A stretch of 63,580 nt of DNA, filler included, from Octopus bimaculoides (Eukaryota), in the NCBI RefSeq assembly GCF_001194135.2. It is 6 parts of 6 records of this genome, joined end to end, with 100 filler letters (N's around TTAATTAATTAA, not from the genome) between each part and the next. Parts side by side here need not be neighbours in the genome. Positions count along the whole stretch, not along the records: positions 35,487 to 42,258 come from NC_069003.1; positions 42,359 to 46,170 come from NW_026345930.1; positions 46,271 to 61,651 come from NC_068981.1; 3 more parts are not named here. One strand, given 5' to 3'. Shown here piece after piece: positions 40,355-51,416 of this stretch (positions are counted from its first letter, which is position 1; the number at the start of each line of letters is the position of its first letter). The notes beneath the pieces are model-generated. The model was not told where the DNA came from. It did no database searches and saw only the letters and a program-made list of their open reading frames with translations. The position numbers and the translations under genes are program-made.

Positions 40355-40941
40355 TGTATATGTGTGTGTATATATGTAGATATATATATGCGTTTCGAGT
40401 TCAAATACAGACGGGGGAGAACTTTCAGTTTCGTCCCCTTGGAGTCAATCACGCAGATACCAGCCAATCACTAGTTAATTGACGATAAATTAAAACTAAT
40501 TAATTCACTAACTAATAGACAGTTAATCACTAGCGGTCACTCAAACATCTGTACTCTCATTATCACAAATCTGTATTTCTAACGTGTTTCAGGTAATTAA
40601 AGATTAGCGAGGCGAATATTAATTAGCCTTAAGCTTCAATTAGAAATAGCATGTAGAAATAACATGGAATCACAGTTTAGCGACGGGGATGCCTGAAGAA
40701 TATGAAGATAACGGTGCTCGTGACCAATACCAACAATAACAAACCATCCTTCGTTTCAACGCTCCCGAATGACAGGCAGCATTCTAATGAGTGTATATGT
40801 ATGTATATACATATATATATGTATATATACATATATATATANNNNNNNNNNNNNNNNNNNNNNNNNNNNNNNNNNNNNNNNNNNNNNNNNNNNNNNNNNN
40901 NNNNNNNNNNNNNNNNNNNNNNNNNNNNNNNNNNNNNNNNN

Positions 40942-40979
<38 letters not shown>

Positions 40980-42258
40980 ATAATTCAATAGACAATCGTT
41001 GTGTCCAACGTAACGCTGTTGTTTTGTAGAACGCAGAATACGGCGGTATTCGCCGTGAACGATCGTCTCATATGGACGCGTAGTACATAAAAACACTCAT
41101 GTTTTTATCGTTGGCAGATGAGAATCGTCTGCTGTGGGCGGTGGAACTGCCAGATCACGGGATTTCGACGTACTTTTTCTTCAGTGACAGCTGTCCGCTC
41201 ACTGCACAGCAACCAAATCTCGATGCCAACGATATATAGAATTATAGTGACTTTTCAGTCACTGATGTCGCAATTAGCGAACAGTCTTATTAAGAAATAA
41301 CTATTAGCGACAGAAGCAGTATGTATGCTTACAGGAAATTTTTATATCCAGCTTAACGTGTAGATTTTGTTACAAAGCCGAATACTGGGTTACTGGCCTT
41401 GAGAGATTCTCTCATATCGGCGCTTGGAGCATAAAAGTTATCATATTCATATCGTTGAGAGATGAGAATTGTCTACTATGGGCAGCGAATCTGCTAGAAC
41501 ACGTAATTTCGACGCAATACGCCTCTAAGTGACAGCTGTCCGCTCACTGCATAGCAACCAAATCTTGCTCCCAATGATATAGAGAATTATAGTGACATTT
41601 CAGACAATGATGTCTTAATTAGGCAACAGTCTTATTAAAAATAATTATTTGCGACTGAAGCAATATTAATACCGAAAAGCAGTATGTGGAAACCACCAAA
41701 TCCAGCGCCCATAGCAGATGATTCACGTCAGCCAACAATATAAATATGTGTGCTGTTATGCCCTACGCATCCATATGAGAGTTCGTCTCAAGGTGTATGC
41801 CACAGTATACGGCGTTTTAACAAAATATCTGCATTAAGTTGGATATCAAGATTGCCTTTTGCTATTAATACCGCTTCTGGCATTAATACTCATGTTTTTA
41901 ATAATTCATTTTATTTAAAAGACTGACAATATACCTAGTTCGGATCTTTTTTAAAACGGGGGCCACATTTTTCATTAACGAAACACTTTGAAACTTGGAT
42001 CAATGGTAGAATGTGTCATATAAAACATCTTTTTCTCTTAGTCTGCTTAAAAAAAAAAAGAAATCCATAAATTATTCCATGTTAAAGTTGTCGTATTTCT
42101 GTAATTTCAACCAATCACTGACGTCCATTCAGCCGATATACATTAAGTGCCGACTACATAAACAAACGATTCTGAAACAATTAACCCTAACCCTAACCCT
42201 AGGGTTAGAGTTAGGGTTAGGGTTAAAGCAAATTTAAAATGAAAAAAGCAAATAAAAC

Positions 42259-42358
42259 NNNNNNNNNNNNNNNNNNNNNNNNNNNNNNNNNNNNNNNNNN
42301 NNTTAATTAATTAANNNNNNNNNNNNNNNNNNNNNNNNNNNNNNNNNNNNNNNNNNNN
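42259..42358. other. Artificial scaffolding gap marker N44-TTAATTAATTAA-N44 (also 23092-23191, 35387-35486, 46171-46270, 61652-61751)
   Basis: Five identical 100-bp constructs. TTAATTAATTAA gives stops in all six frames and is used as a contig linker. Confidence 0.95.
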
Positions 42359-42400
<42 letters not shown>

Positions 42401-42408
42401 ATACTTAC

Positions 42409-42510
42409 GTCGAACCTCGGTACAGTTGTCTCCACGTCATCTTCCGTCATCACCAATCCATCCGAACGTTGGTTGCCTTGGAAAGCTGACAGCTTCAAAT
42501 TCTTCATCGA
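42409..42510 (-). CDS. LGMN: Legumain exon at the catalytic-domain / activation-peptide junction
   Basis: tttgcAG|TCG ATG AAG...TTC GAC|GTaagt. 102 nt, phase 0-0. Encodes SMKNLKLSAFQGNQRSDGLVMTEDDVETTVPRFD, which aligns to human TISTMKVMQFQG...VTHLD. Strong splice sites, same strand and correct order. Confidence 0.8.
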
Positions 42511-43723
42511 CTGCAAATACACAGTAAAATCCATAGAACGATATCCGATGATATTGACAAGGAAATTAGAAAACTTACCGGAGTACGCCTTCTGCGCACC
42601 AAACATATAGTTAAGCGCAAGCTAGTATTAATATTATCATGTGGCATAGGTGGCATGGGGTGGAGTATTCGTAACTCTTTAAAAACAGTAATAACTCTGG
42701 TCCTATTTCAATATCGTAGTAGTTACTTCCCTTGTCACTTCTGAGAAGAGTTAAGAAAAAGGAGCAGAGAAACGAGACGCTGTGAATTCCTCCTGATTGG
42801 TTCTCATTTATCACCGAGGCAGTCAGAACTACGCATGCTCACTGAGATTGTTTATATCATGAATTGACATTCGGGAATAAGTCATGTGATAGTGTTGCTT
42901 TGGCAACAGTAAGAGTGTATAAGTGAAATTATTAGCAGCACTTCTTCATTAAGCGTAAGAAAGTATAATGCAAACGAAAGCGTATATATATATATATATA
43001 TATTTCGAAATTCCCGCTACTTACATAGGTAAATAGCGATGAACAGTCTTCTATTTACTATATTGGATACGCGGTGTTCGTTTGGTATGTGGATTTTCTG
43101 TTTACGTATATTTATCTTGACCATATTATACTGATGAGTAGAGGTTGTATAATACTACAATAACTACGAAATCATGATCTATAATTCAGTCTGTTTTTAA
43201 GGGGCTGGCTTTGAGAGTTGCATTTCTTCGCGTTCAGTAAAAATGTGTTTTTTATGGTAGTCTGACCTTAGAGTCCCTCATAGCGTGAGGCATTATTGTA
43301 TAGTAATGCCCTTATATAAATAAATAAATAAATATANNNNNNNNNNNNNNNNNNNNNNNNNNNNNNNNNNNNNNNNNNNNNNNNNNNNNNNNNNNNNNNN
43401 NNNNNNNNNNNNNNNNNNNNNNNNNNNNNNNNNNNNNNNNNNNNNNNNNNNNNNNNNNNNNNNNNNNNNNNNNNNNNNNNNNNNNNNNNNNNNNNNNNNN
43501 NNNNNNNNNNNNNNNNNNNNNNNNNNNNNNNNNNNNNNNNNNNNNNNNNNNNNNNNNNNNNNNNNNNNNNNNNNNNNNNNNNNNNNNNNNNNNNNNNNNN
43601 NNNNNNNNNNNNNNNNNNNNNNNNNNNNNNNNNNNNNNNNNNNNNNNNNNNNNNNNNNNNNNNNNNNNNNNNNNNNNNNNNNNNNNNNNNNNNNNNNNNN
43701 NNNNNNNNNNNNNNNNNNNNNNN

Positions 43724-43775
<52 letters not shown>

Positions 43776-44299
43776 AAATGGTGTGTGTGTAAGGAAATAG
43801 CGTGTGTGTTTGAGGAAGAGAGAGAGAATGTGTGTGAGAGAGGGAGAGAGAGAGAGAGAGAGAGTGTGCGTGTGAGAGGGAGAGAGAGTGCGTGTGAGAG
43901 GGAGAGAGAATGTTGTTCTGAGTTCGATCCCACAACATCTCTCGTAAACTTCGAACCGTCTTACTCGTCTAAACACCTTTTCCTTGTCGATCGTACTAAC
44001 AACATTTGTTTCTTAACGATTACAACAAATATTTATGCATAAAAACAACCTCGACAGAATTTGTGTTCTTTTGATACCGATACAGTTACACCATTCACAC
44101 ACACACAAAAACATCTTATCGCAACAACTGGTGACCCGACGTCTAAAGGTACTTGCGTGGCCTGAAATCCATTTTCTTATCGTTAGAATGTGATCTGAAT
44201 TCATACCTCTTATTAGTTTCTTCCCCCACGCCCCGGACACCAACTTAATGGTCCTTTTTTATTATTATTCGCACAAAATCGGCAAGTTCGGGGAAAGGA

Positions 44300-44412
44300 A
44301 AAGTCGATTACATCGACCCCAGTACGCAACTGGTACTTACTTTATCGATCCCGAAAGGACGAAAGGCAAAGTCGACTTCGGAAAGTAAAGACTGACGAAA
44401 TGCCGCTTAAGC
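44300..44412 (-). mobile_element. SINE family A fragment in a legumain intron
   Basis: Reverse complement of gaagtcgactttgcctttcgtcctttcgggatcgataaagtaagtaccagttgcgtactggggtcgatgtaatcgac. Confidence 0.85.
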
Positions 44413-44673
44413 ATGATGTCTCGATGTGGGAATTACTTTTAAACAAATAGGGATTTCCTTAAACGCCCTCCTCTGTCTAGTTTGTTAAACTGATGGGACG
44501 AACAGACATGTATGCAGTTAGACGGACAGACAGACAGATAGAGAAAAAGAGAGAGAGAAAGAGAGGGATGGATGGATGGATGGATGGATGGATGGATGGG
44601 TGAGTAGAAAGGTAATTAGATAGGTAGATGAAAAGGAAGGAAGGAAGAAAAAAAGAAGTGGTAACCAACGAAC

Positions 44674-44792
44674 CTTGTCGGAATTTTCCAGCCAGCAGAC
44701 GCTGTATACATCTCCGAGGAAGGTTTCTAACTTTTGGTCATAGTAACAAGCATAGGAAGATTCGTGATCGTTAGCAGCGGTGGTGGCAAACA
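44674..44792 (-). CDS. LGMN: Legumain internal exon (catalytic domain, S1-pocket Ser/Asp region)
   Basis: tttccAG|TG TTT GCC...GAC AAG|GTtcg. 119 nt, phase 1-0. Encodes (V)[39 protein letters not shown], matching human [40 protein letters not shown] (recalled). Confidence 0.95.
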
Positions 44793-45268
44793 CTGGAAAT
44801 ATATATATATATATATATATATAATGTGGAGAATTATATATAAATAAACATCCGATTCACATAAAAGACGAGGAAACGTTTTTATTATTTGGTTTTTTAA
44901 TTTTTTCTTGAAGAGTTCGTTTACACGAACGAAAGCGCTAAAAGCGCTAATAAAGAATTATCAAAAATTCTGACTGCCTCCTTTTTTCAATAGACAATAT
45001 CTATNNNNNNNNNNNNNNNNNNNNNNNNNNNNNNNNNNNNNNNNNNNNNNNNNNNNNNNNNNNNNNNNNNNNNNNNNNNNNNNNNNNNNNNNNNNNNNNN
45101 NNNNNNNNNNNNNNNNNNNNNNNNNNNNNNNNNNNNNNNNNNNNNNNNNNNNNNATAATTACTCACTTCCGAAACTTCAAAATTACAGCTCAAAAAAGAA
45201 TTGGGAAAATATTTCGTTAGAAATACGGTGACAAAATAGTAAAGGAATCGGATTAAAGAACGACTAAC

Positions 45269-45335
45269 CTTTGATGTCTTTGGGCAAGCCAGGGAACATA
45301 GAACCAGATTCACAAGCTTCAATGTAGATAACCAT
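45269..45335 (-). CDS. LGMN: Legumain (asparaginyl endopeptidase, peptidase C13) internal exon carrying the catalytic Cys
   Basis: Minus strand: aacAG|ATG GTT ATC TAC ATT GAA GCT TGT GAA TCT GGT TCT ATG TTC CCT GGC TTG CCC AAA GAC ATC AAA G|GTtag = MVIYIEACESGSMFPGLPKDIK+G. 67 nt, phase 0-1. EACESGSM is the legumain catalytic-Cys motif. It splices in frame to the next exon. Confidence 0.95.
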
Positions 45336-45504
45336 CTGTTAGTAGAGAAAATAACAATCAATGCAACCCTTATGCAAAAAAGAACCACGACAGAAAACTG
45401 GCGTTTTTATAAAATGTCGGCCAAAGAATTCCTTGTTGGGTGTTATTCATAAGTATACGAATGTGTGCGTGCATCTATGTGTGCCTGTGTGTGCGTGTGT
45501 ATAA

Positions 45505-45900
45505 TCCAATAGTCTTTAAAATTGGTCATTGTATTTGTAAATCCATTATTTAGGCAGAATGGTCTACATATAAGATTCCAATATCCCATGAGTAAAATCC
45601 AACAGTCTGCCTAAATAATGGATTTACAAATACAATGACCGATTTTAAAGACTACTGGATTTTGCTCATAAGGTATTGGAATCTTATATGTATACCATTC
45701 TGCCTAAACAATGGATTTACAAATACAATGTCCCTACATTCACTCTCTATTTCCTATCTTATCTAAATTAACTATTGCTTAACCATCCTCTCACACCATC
45801 TCCGATGAAGGGATGTAACAAATATCCTGGAAACAGCTGTAAGACCTATTTATAAATGTTCTAAAATATACACAGCCTTGGTTTTTTGTTTCATTACAAA
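45505..45900 (+). mobile_element. Penelope-like pseudo-LTR relic: inverted plus tandem unit of about 90 bp, followed by a minimal hammerhead-like motif
   Basis: 45507-45607 is the reverse complement of the tandem units at 45607-45730. CCGATGA...GAAACAGCTGTA at 45802-45841. Confidence 0.55.
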
Positions 45901-46132
45901 AAGTAAATCCTTATTTACAAACGCTGGTATAGGACCTACGTTGGACACCTTATTCGCATAATCACCAAACCTGGAGCTTCAGTATGGTCTATCCATAGCA
46001 CTTACTCAGCACTACGTGAAACCCCTGGGTTTCATTGACACCATTACCGCTCATAACCTATATATATGTGTGTGTGTGTATGTATACGCACACACACACG
46101 TACACACAAAGACACTCATGCATATAGATATC

Positions 46133-46170
<38 letters not shown>

Positions 46171-46357
46171 NNNNNNNNNNNNNNNNNNNNNNNNNNNNNN
46201 NNNNNNNNNNNNNNTTAATTAATTAANNNNNNNNNNNNNNNNNNNNNNNNNNNNNNNNNNNNNNNNNNNNATATCCACCTATCTACCTACGTACACGCAC
46301 ATATATCCATTCATAGAAATGTGTACATATGTATGTTTCTAAGTATATGGCTATTGT

Positions 46358-46394
<37 letters not shown>

Positions 46395-46442
46395 AAATGT
46401 ATGTTTATATATAAATGTGTGTGTGTGATTATATATATAATC

Positions 46443-46489
<47 letters not shown>

Positions 46490-46659
46490 TGCACTTATAC
46501 ACATACATAATGTTTTGCAAAAAATGCTTGATACAATCACAATATTAATGAATAATTTTTTAAAGTTATCAGCTTTTAAAAAAGTATTTAAGAAGCAACA
46601 TATTACAAACGTTTGAGAAAGAAGTTTTCATATTTTGTGTACTTTGTGTGTAAGTACTT

Positions 46660-47890
46660 TTGTTGTTCAACTTTTCAAGTGAAAGTGTTCTGGTCTAACC
46701 TGTTCAGATGAAGTTGTTTCCAATAATGTTGTTGAGTGTTTCCGGTTTAGCTTCGGATTTAGAATTTTTATAAATTATTCTTCGTTTGATTTTTGCAGGT
46801 GATTATTTTTGTCCTCTAGTTTGAAAATCACAAGTAGAACTATATAAGTTCCTTCAATAACAGAAATATCTCCCAAAGTTAAAAATAGTACCATAACCGG
46901 AGCAAAATAAATCCTGCTCTCTGCCGTACGGAGAAACAGTCACGCTGAGGATATGAGAAAAAAATCACAAATATGAATATTCCATTTGTAGTCACCCACA
47001 ATCCTAAGGATGACAACATTCTACATTCAGCGAAACGATACATTCTAATTCTACATGAATTATCGAATGTCTGACAAATAGTTAAAGAATCACAAAGCTT
47101 CGACAGCTGAAGACAGTCACCAACTATCAAGAGACTCCTAATAGAGCCGAGATTCCCAATTTTGAAAGAAATAATGCAGGTGAAAGCGGCGAGCTTAAAG
47201 AAACGTTAGCAGGCCGGGCGAAATGCTTAGCGGTATTTCGTCTGCCGTTACGTTCTGAGTTCAAATTCCGCGGAGGTCGACTTTGTCTTTCATCCTTTCA
47301 AGGTCGATGAATTAAATACCAGTTACGCACTGGGTTCAATGTAATCGACTTAATCCCTTAGTCTGTCTTTGTTTGTTTCCTCTGTGTTTAGCCCCTTGTA
47401 GGCAATAAAGAAATAAGAAATAATGCAGGTAACGAACTGTTGAGATAGTCGTTGTGGGATGTGAAATAATCGAACAAGGAACAACCAAAAGATTCAAGAA
47501 TAGAAAGGATCTGAAAGTGAGAGAAAACATGAATTGCAAAGCCAAAAAAGCTTATCTGTTGCATCACATGCCTACAAAATAATGAGAATTACATTGGAGA
47601 AACAGGAATAAAACAAATAAACTGTGTGAGAATGCACAAACAGCAGATTATTAATTCATTCCTTAGAAATATTCGTTGTAGTGAACGTCTCGACATTTGT
47701 ACAAATGGAGAAGTTAAAATATTCCCCTTTTACAAAATAAGAGGCGAAAACGATCATCTACGAAAGGAAAAATAGAATACTTTATAAGAATTCTAAATTC
47801 GAAACTAAACCAGAAATAGTCAACACCTTTACTAAAAATAATTTCCTCTGTAAGGATTAGTCCAGAACACGCGTCTCTGAAAATCCGAAG
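46660..47890 (+). mobile_element. Penelope-like element (GIY-YIG endonuclease relic) with inverted 3' duplicate at its 5' side
   Basis: NMNCKAKKLICCITCLQNNENYIGETG...RMHKQQI...CSERLDIC...KIFPFYKI...EYFIRILNSKLN (joined across frameshifts). 46660-46800 is an inverted copy of about 47765-47890. Confidence 0.8.
47182..47414 (+). mobile_element. SINE family A, tail type 1, nested in the Penelope relic with a perfect 16-bp TSD
   Basis: TSD aagaaataatgcaggt at 47166-47181 and 47415-47430. Confidence 0.95.
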
Positions 47891-48029
47891 AAAAAAAAAA
47901 ATGCAAAAACAAAAAAAATTTTTGCTCTCAAAATACACACTATATAAAACCATCTTCCTCTGAGGTTTGTCACATTCTGCTTTTTATTCTTAAATAACTT
48001 TTCTTAAATAAGTTAATAATTTAAAAAAT

Positions 48030-48435
48030 TCTGTTTTAAACACACACATACGCTCGCGCACACGCACACACACAGACACGCGCTCGCACACACACACACA
48101 CACACACACACGCGTGCACACATACATACACACACACGCACACGCACACACAAAGACGCGCACTCGCACACATGCACACACACAAGCATACGTATACCTA
48201 CAAACGCACACACACATACACACACAGGAACACACACATACACACACAGGAACACACACATACACACACACACACGCAGGCATACACACGCACACTCACA
48301 CACAGACGTGCGCACACAAACGCACACACACACACACACGCGCACGCACACGCGCACGCACACGCGCACGCACACGCACACACACAAACACGCACATGCA
48401 CGCACACGCACACACACAGCGCGCGCGCACACACA
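48030..48435 (+). repeat. Long degenerate (CA/CG)n purine-pyrimidine tract
   Basis: Direct inspection. Confidence 0.9.
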
Positions 48436-48914
48436 GATGACCTAAATAAGAAGACAAAGAAAGATTTTAACACATCTTCAACGACCAGTTACATTTGTTT
48501 CTGTACGAGTCCTGTTTTCAACGTCAGTTTACACAAAATTTCGAAGCGAAAATTTACGTAATATTCACAGTTTTAGACATTAGAATGGTTCTTCCTCAGA
48601 ACTGCATCAAAGGTGTGCTTTTACAGTTGCCCACCCCCACGCGCGCGCACACACACACACGTACTACATATGTACATACATACATATATACATACATACA
48701 CACGCACATACATTCATACATACATAAATAGTAAGTATCACTCAGAAATCGAGAGAAGTTATAGGATGGGAAGCCAACTGAATAATCGCAGGGAAGTAAA
48801 TAAACGAAAAAATAATATTAAACGTTTCGTTTATGAATTTGTGTTGCAAGATTCTTGATGTGAAATCGTGAGTTGAAACAAATATTGTATTTCAGGATTC
48901 TTCTATTCTGTTAC

Positions 48915-49085
48915 TTGTTTCAGTCATTTTACTGCAGCCATGCTGGAGCACTGCCTTTTAGTCGAACAAGTCGGTCCCAGGACTTATTCTTTGTAAGCCT
49001 AGTACTCGTCCTATCGGTCTCATTTGCCGAACCGCTAGATTACGGGGACGTAAACACACCAACATCGGTTGTCAAACGATGGTGG

Positions 49086-49154
<69 letters not shown>

Positions 49155-49319
49155 GACGGGCTTCTTTCAGTTTCCGTCTACCAAATCCGCTCACAAGGCT
49201 TCGGTCGGCCCGAGGCTATAGTAGAAGACATTTGCCCAAGGTGCCACGCAGTTGGACTGAACCCAGAACCAAGTGGTTGTTAAGTAAGCTACTTACCATA
49301 CAGTCACGCCTACGCCTAT
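48915..49319 (-). mobile_element. Composite SINE family B with internal (TA)n/(TG)n
   Basis: Same tripartite architecture as 13711-14156. Confidence 0.9.
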
Positions 49320-50381
49320 GGTCATTTTAGTTTTTGCCAAATAAACACACGCACTATATACTTTTTTCTTCACCCATTAATACTGTTCTTATTTTAACTC
49401 ATGTCCATTGTCCAGAAATATTTCGTCACACATCTGTGACCTCTTCATGAATATCTTTGGAACATCATCCAAGGTCTAGATTGTTGTTCTTGTTATACGA
49501 CATATTTAACTGGTAAGATGAAGTTTTATTTGAAGGCATAGGTGCAGTGCGTACTTGCTCCGGAACCTACCATTGTAGGGTCTAAACTTTTATTAGTTTA
49601 CGCTGCGGATGTGTTTGTAGTGTCCCCAGTTCATTGTCTTTTCTGTTAATCAAGAATTCATTTCAGACAGACTTGTGAAGAAGAGACATCTGGGAAACGG
49701 GGATGGGGGTAGGGGTGTTAATGTAATTCATATTTAGTGTTTGTTTGTGATTATGGTGGTTATGTAATTACAATTATGGTGGTTGAGTGTAGATTTGGTT
49801 AGGATTACGTCCCGGGAGATTATTATCTTATGAAATTTTCTCAGGCCATAGTGATTAGGGTAATGTGTGAGAAAATATGTGTGTAGAAAATATGGCCTGC
49901 CCTGCAATAGGAAAGAACTTGGATAATCGAATGTATTGATTTAGAGATGGTTTAGTATTAAGAATTTAGTGTAGGTGAGATCGTTATAGTAGAGGTAATA
50001 AGAGATGACATACGGGGTAAAATACCTAAAGACCATTGTTACTGCTGTCATCTTTTTCGTTGTTATGTGCCTCGTAATAATTCTGATTTGATCCATGTCA
50101 AGCGGGGAATCAATCTTGTAACTAACTACTATCGACAAATATACCATATTATATTCATGATATACTATATTTCCTTCATGTTTACGGCCATGCTGTACAT
50201 CCCAACATTTAGTATTGATGGTATTCTTGTTACTGTTTAACCACAAGTTAAAAATTCAAGTTGACCTTTAACACTTGGAACAAAATGCGTCCCAACTGTT
50301 AACAGGTGGTCACTGAATTGGCAACATTTTGTGAAGAACTCTGATCTGAAATAACTTATTCATCTACACTCATATATTGTA

Positions 50382-50757
50382 GCACTCCGCCGGTTACGAC
50401 GCCGAGGGTTCCAGTTGAACCGATTAACGGAACAGCCTGCTCATGAAATTAACGTGTAAGTGGCTGAGCACTCCACAGACATGTGTACCCTTAATGTAGT
50501 TCTCGGGGAAATTCAGCGTAACAAAGAGTGTGAAAGGATGGCCATTTGAAATGCAGGTTCAACAGAAACAGGAAGAAAGAGTGAGATAAAGTTGTGGTGA
50601 TGGAGTACAGCAGAGTCGCCTCCAGCATCCCTACCGGAGCTTCGTGGAGCTTTAGGTGTTTTCGTTCCATAAACACTCATAACACCTGGTCTGGGAATCG
50701 AAACCGTGATTCCACGACCGCGAGTAAGCTGCCCTAACCACTGGGCCATTGCGCCTC
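50382..50757 (-). mobile_element. Full-length SINE family C
   Basis: Reverse complement of ggcgcaatggcccagtggttagggcagc...ggtttcgattcc...gtcgtaaccggcggagtgc. Confidence 0.9.
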
Positions 50758-51416
50758 CACACATTTTCATATAATGTAATATATGTATAGGTGTATATGT
50801 TTAGCAGTGTGTGAGTGCGTTTTTGTGTTTATGTGTGTGTTATATGTGTGTACTGTCTGAATCTGAAACTCACTGTCAGGCTACTCTAATTTGTGTATTG
50901 AGTACACATTTAGCAAGGTTTCTAAATACAAATGCATATACATATATACGTGTATGTATATATACGCATATATGTATATCTATATATATGTATATGCATA
51001 TATGTATGTATATATATATATNNNNNNNNNNNNNNNNNNNNNNNNNNNNNNNNNNNNNNNNNNNNNNNNNNNNNNNNNNNNNNNNNNNNNNNNNNNNNNN
51101 NNNNNNNNNNNNNNNNNNNNNNNNNNNNNNNNNNNNNNNNNNNNNNNNNNNNNNNNNNNNNNNNNNNNNNNNNNNNNNNNNNNNNNNNNNNNNNNNNNNN
51201 NNNNNNNNNNNNNNNNNNNNNNNNNNNNNNNNNNNNNNNNNNNNNNNNNNNNNNNNNNNNNNNNNNNNNNNNNNNNNNNNNNNNNNNNNNNNNNNNNNNN
51301 NNNNNNNNNNNNNNNNNNNNNNNNNNNNNNNNNNNNNNNNNNNNNNNNNNNNNNNNNNNNNNNNNNNNNNNNNNNNNNNNNNNNNNNNNNNNNNNTTATA
51401 TATATATATATATATA

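Noticed and set aside
42181-42226. Chromosome end-to-end fusion scar
   Set aside because: A fusion gives (TTAGGG)n-(CCCTAA)n. Here the order is the opposite and the tract is very short.
49395-49475. Minus-strand peptide DDVPKIFMKR resembling legumain PDVPLTIMKR
   Set aside because: It is upstream of the catalytic-Cys exon (wrong order), has no supporting splice sites, and lies in a repeat relic.
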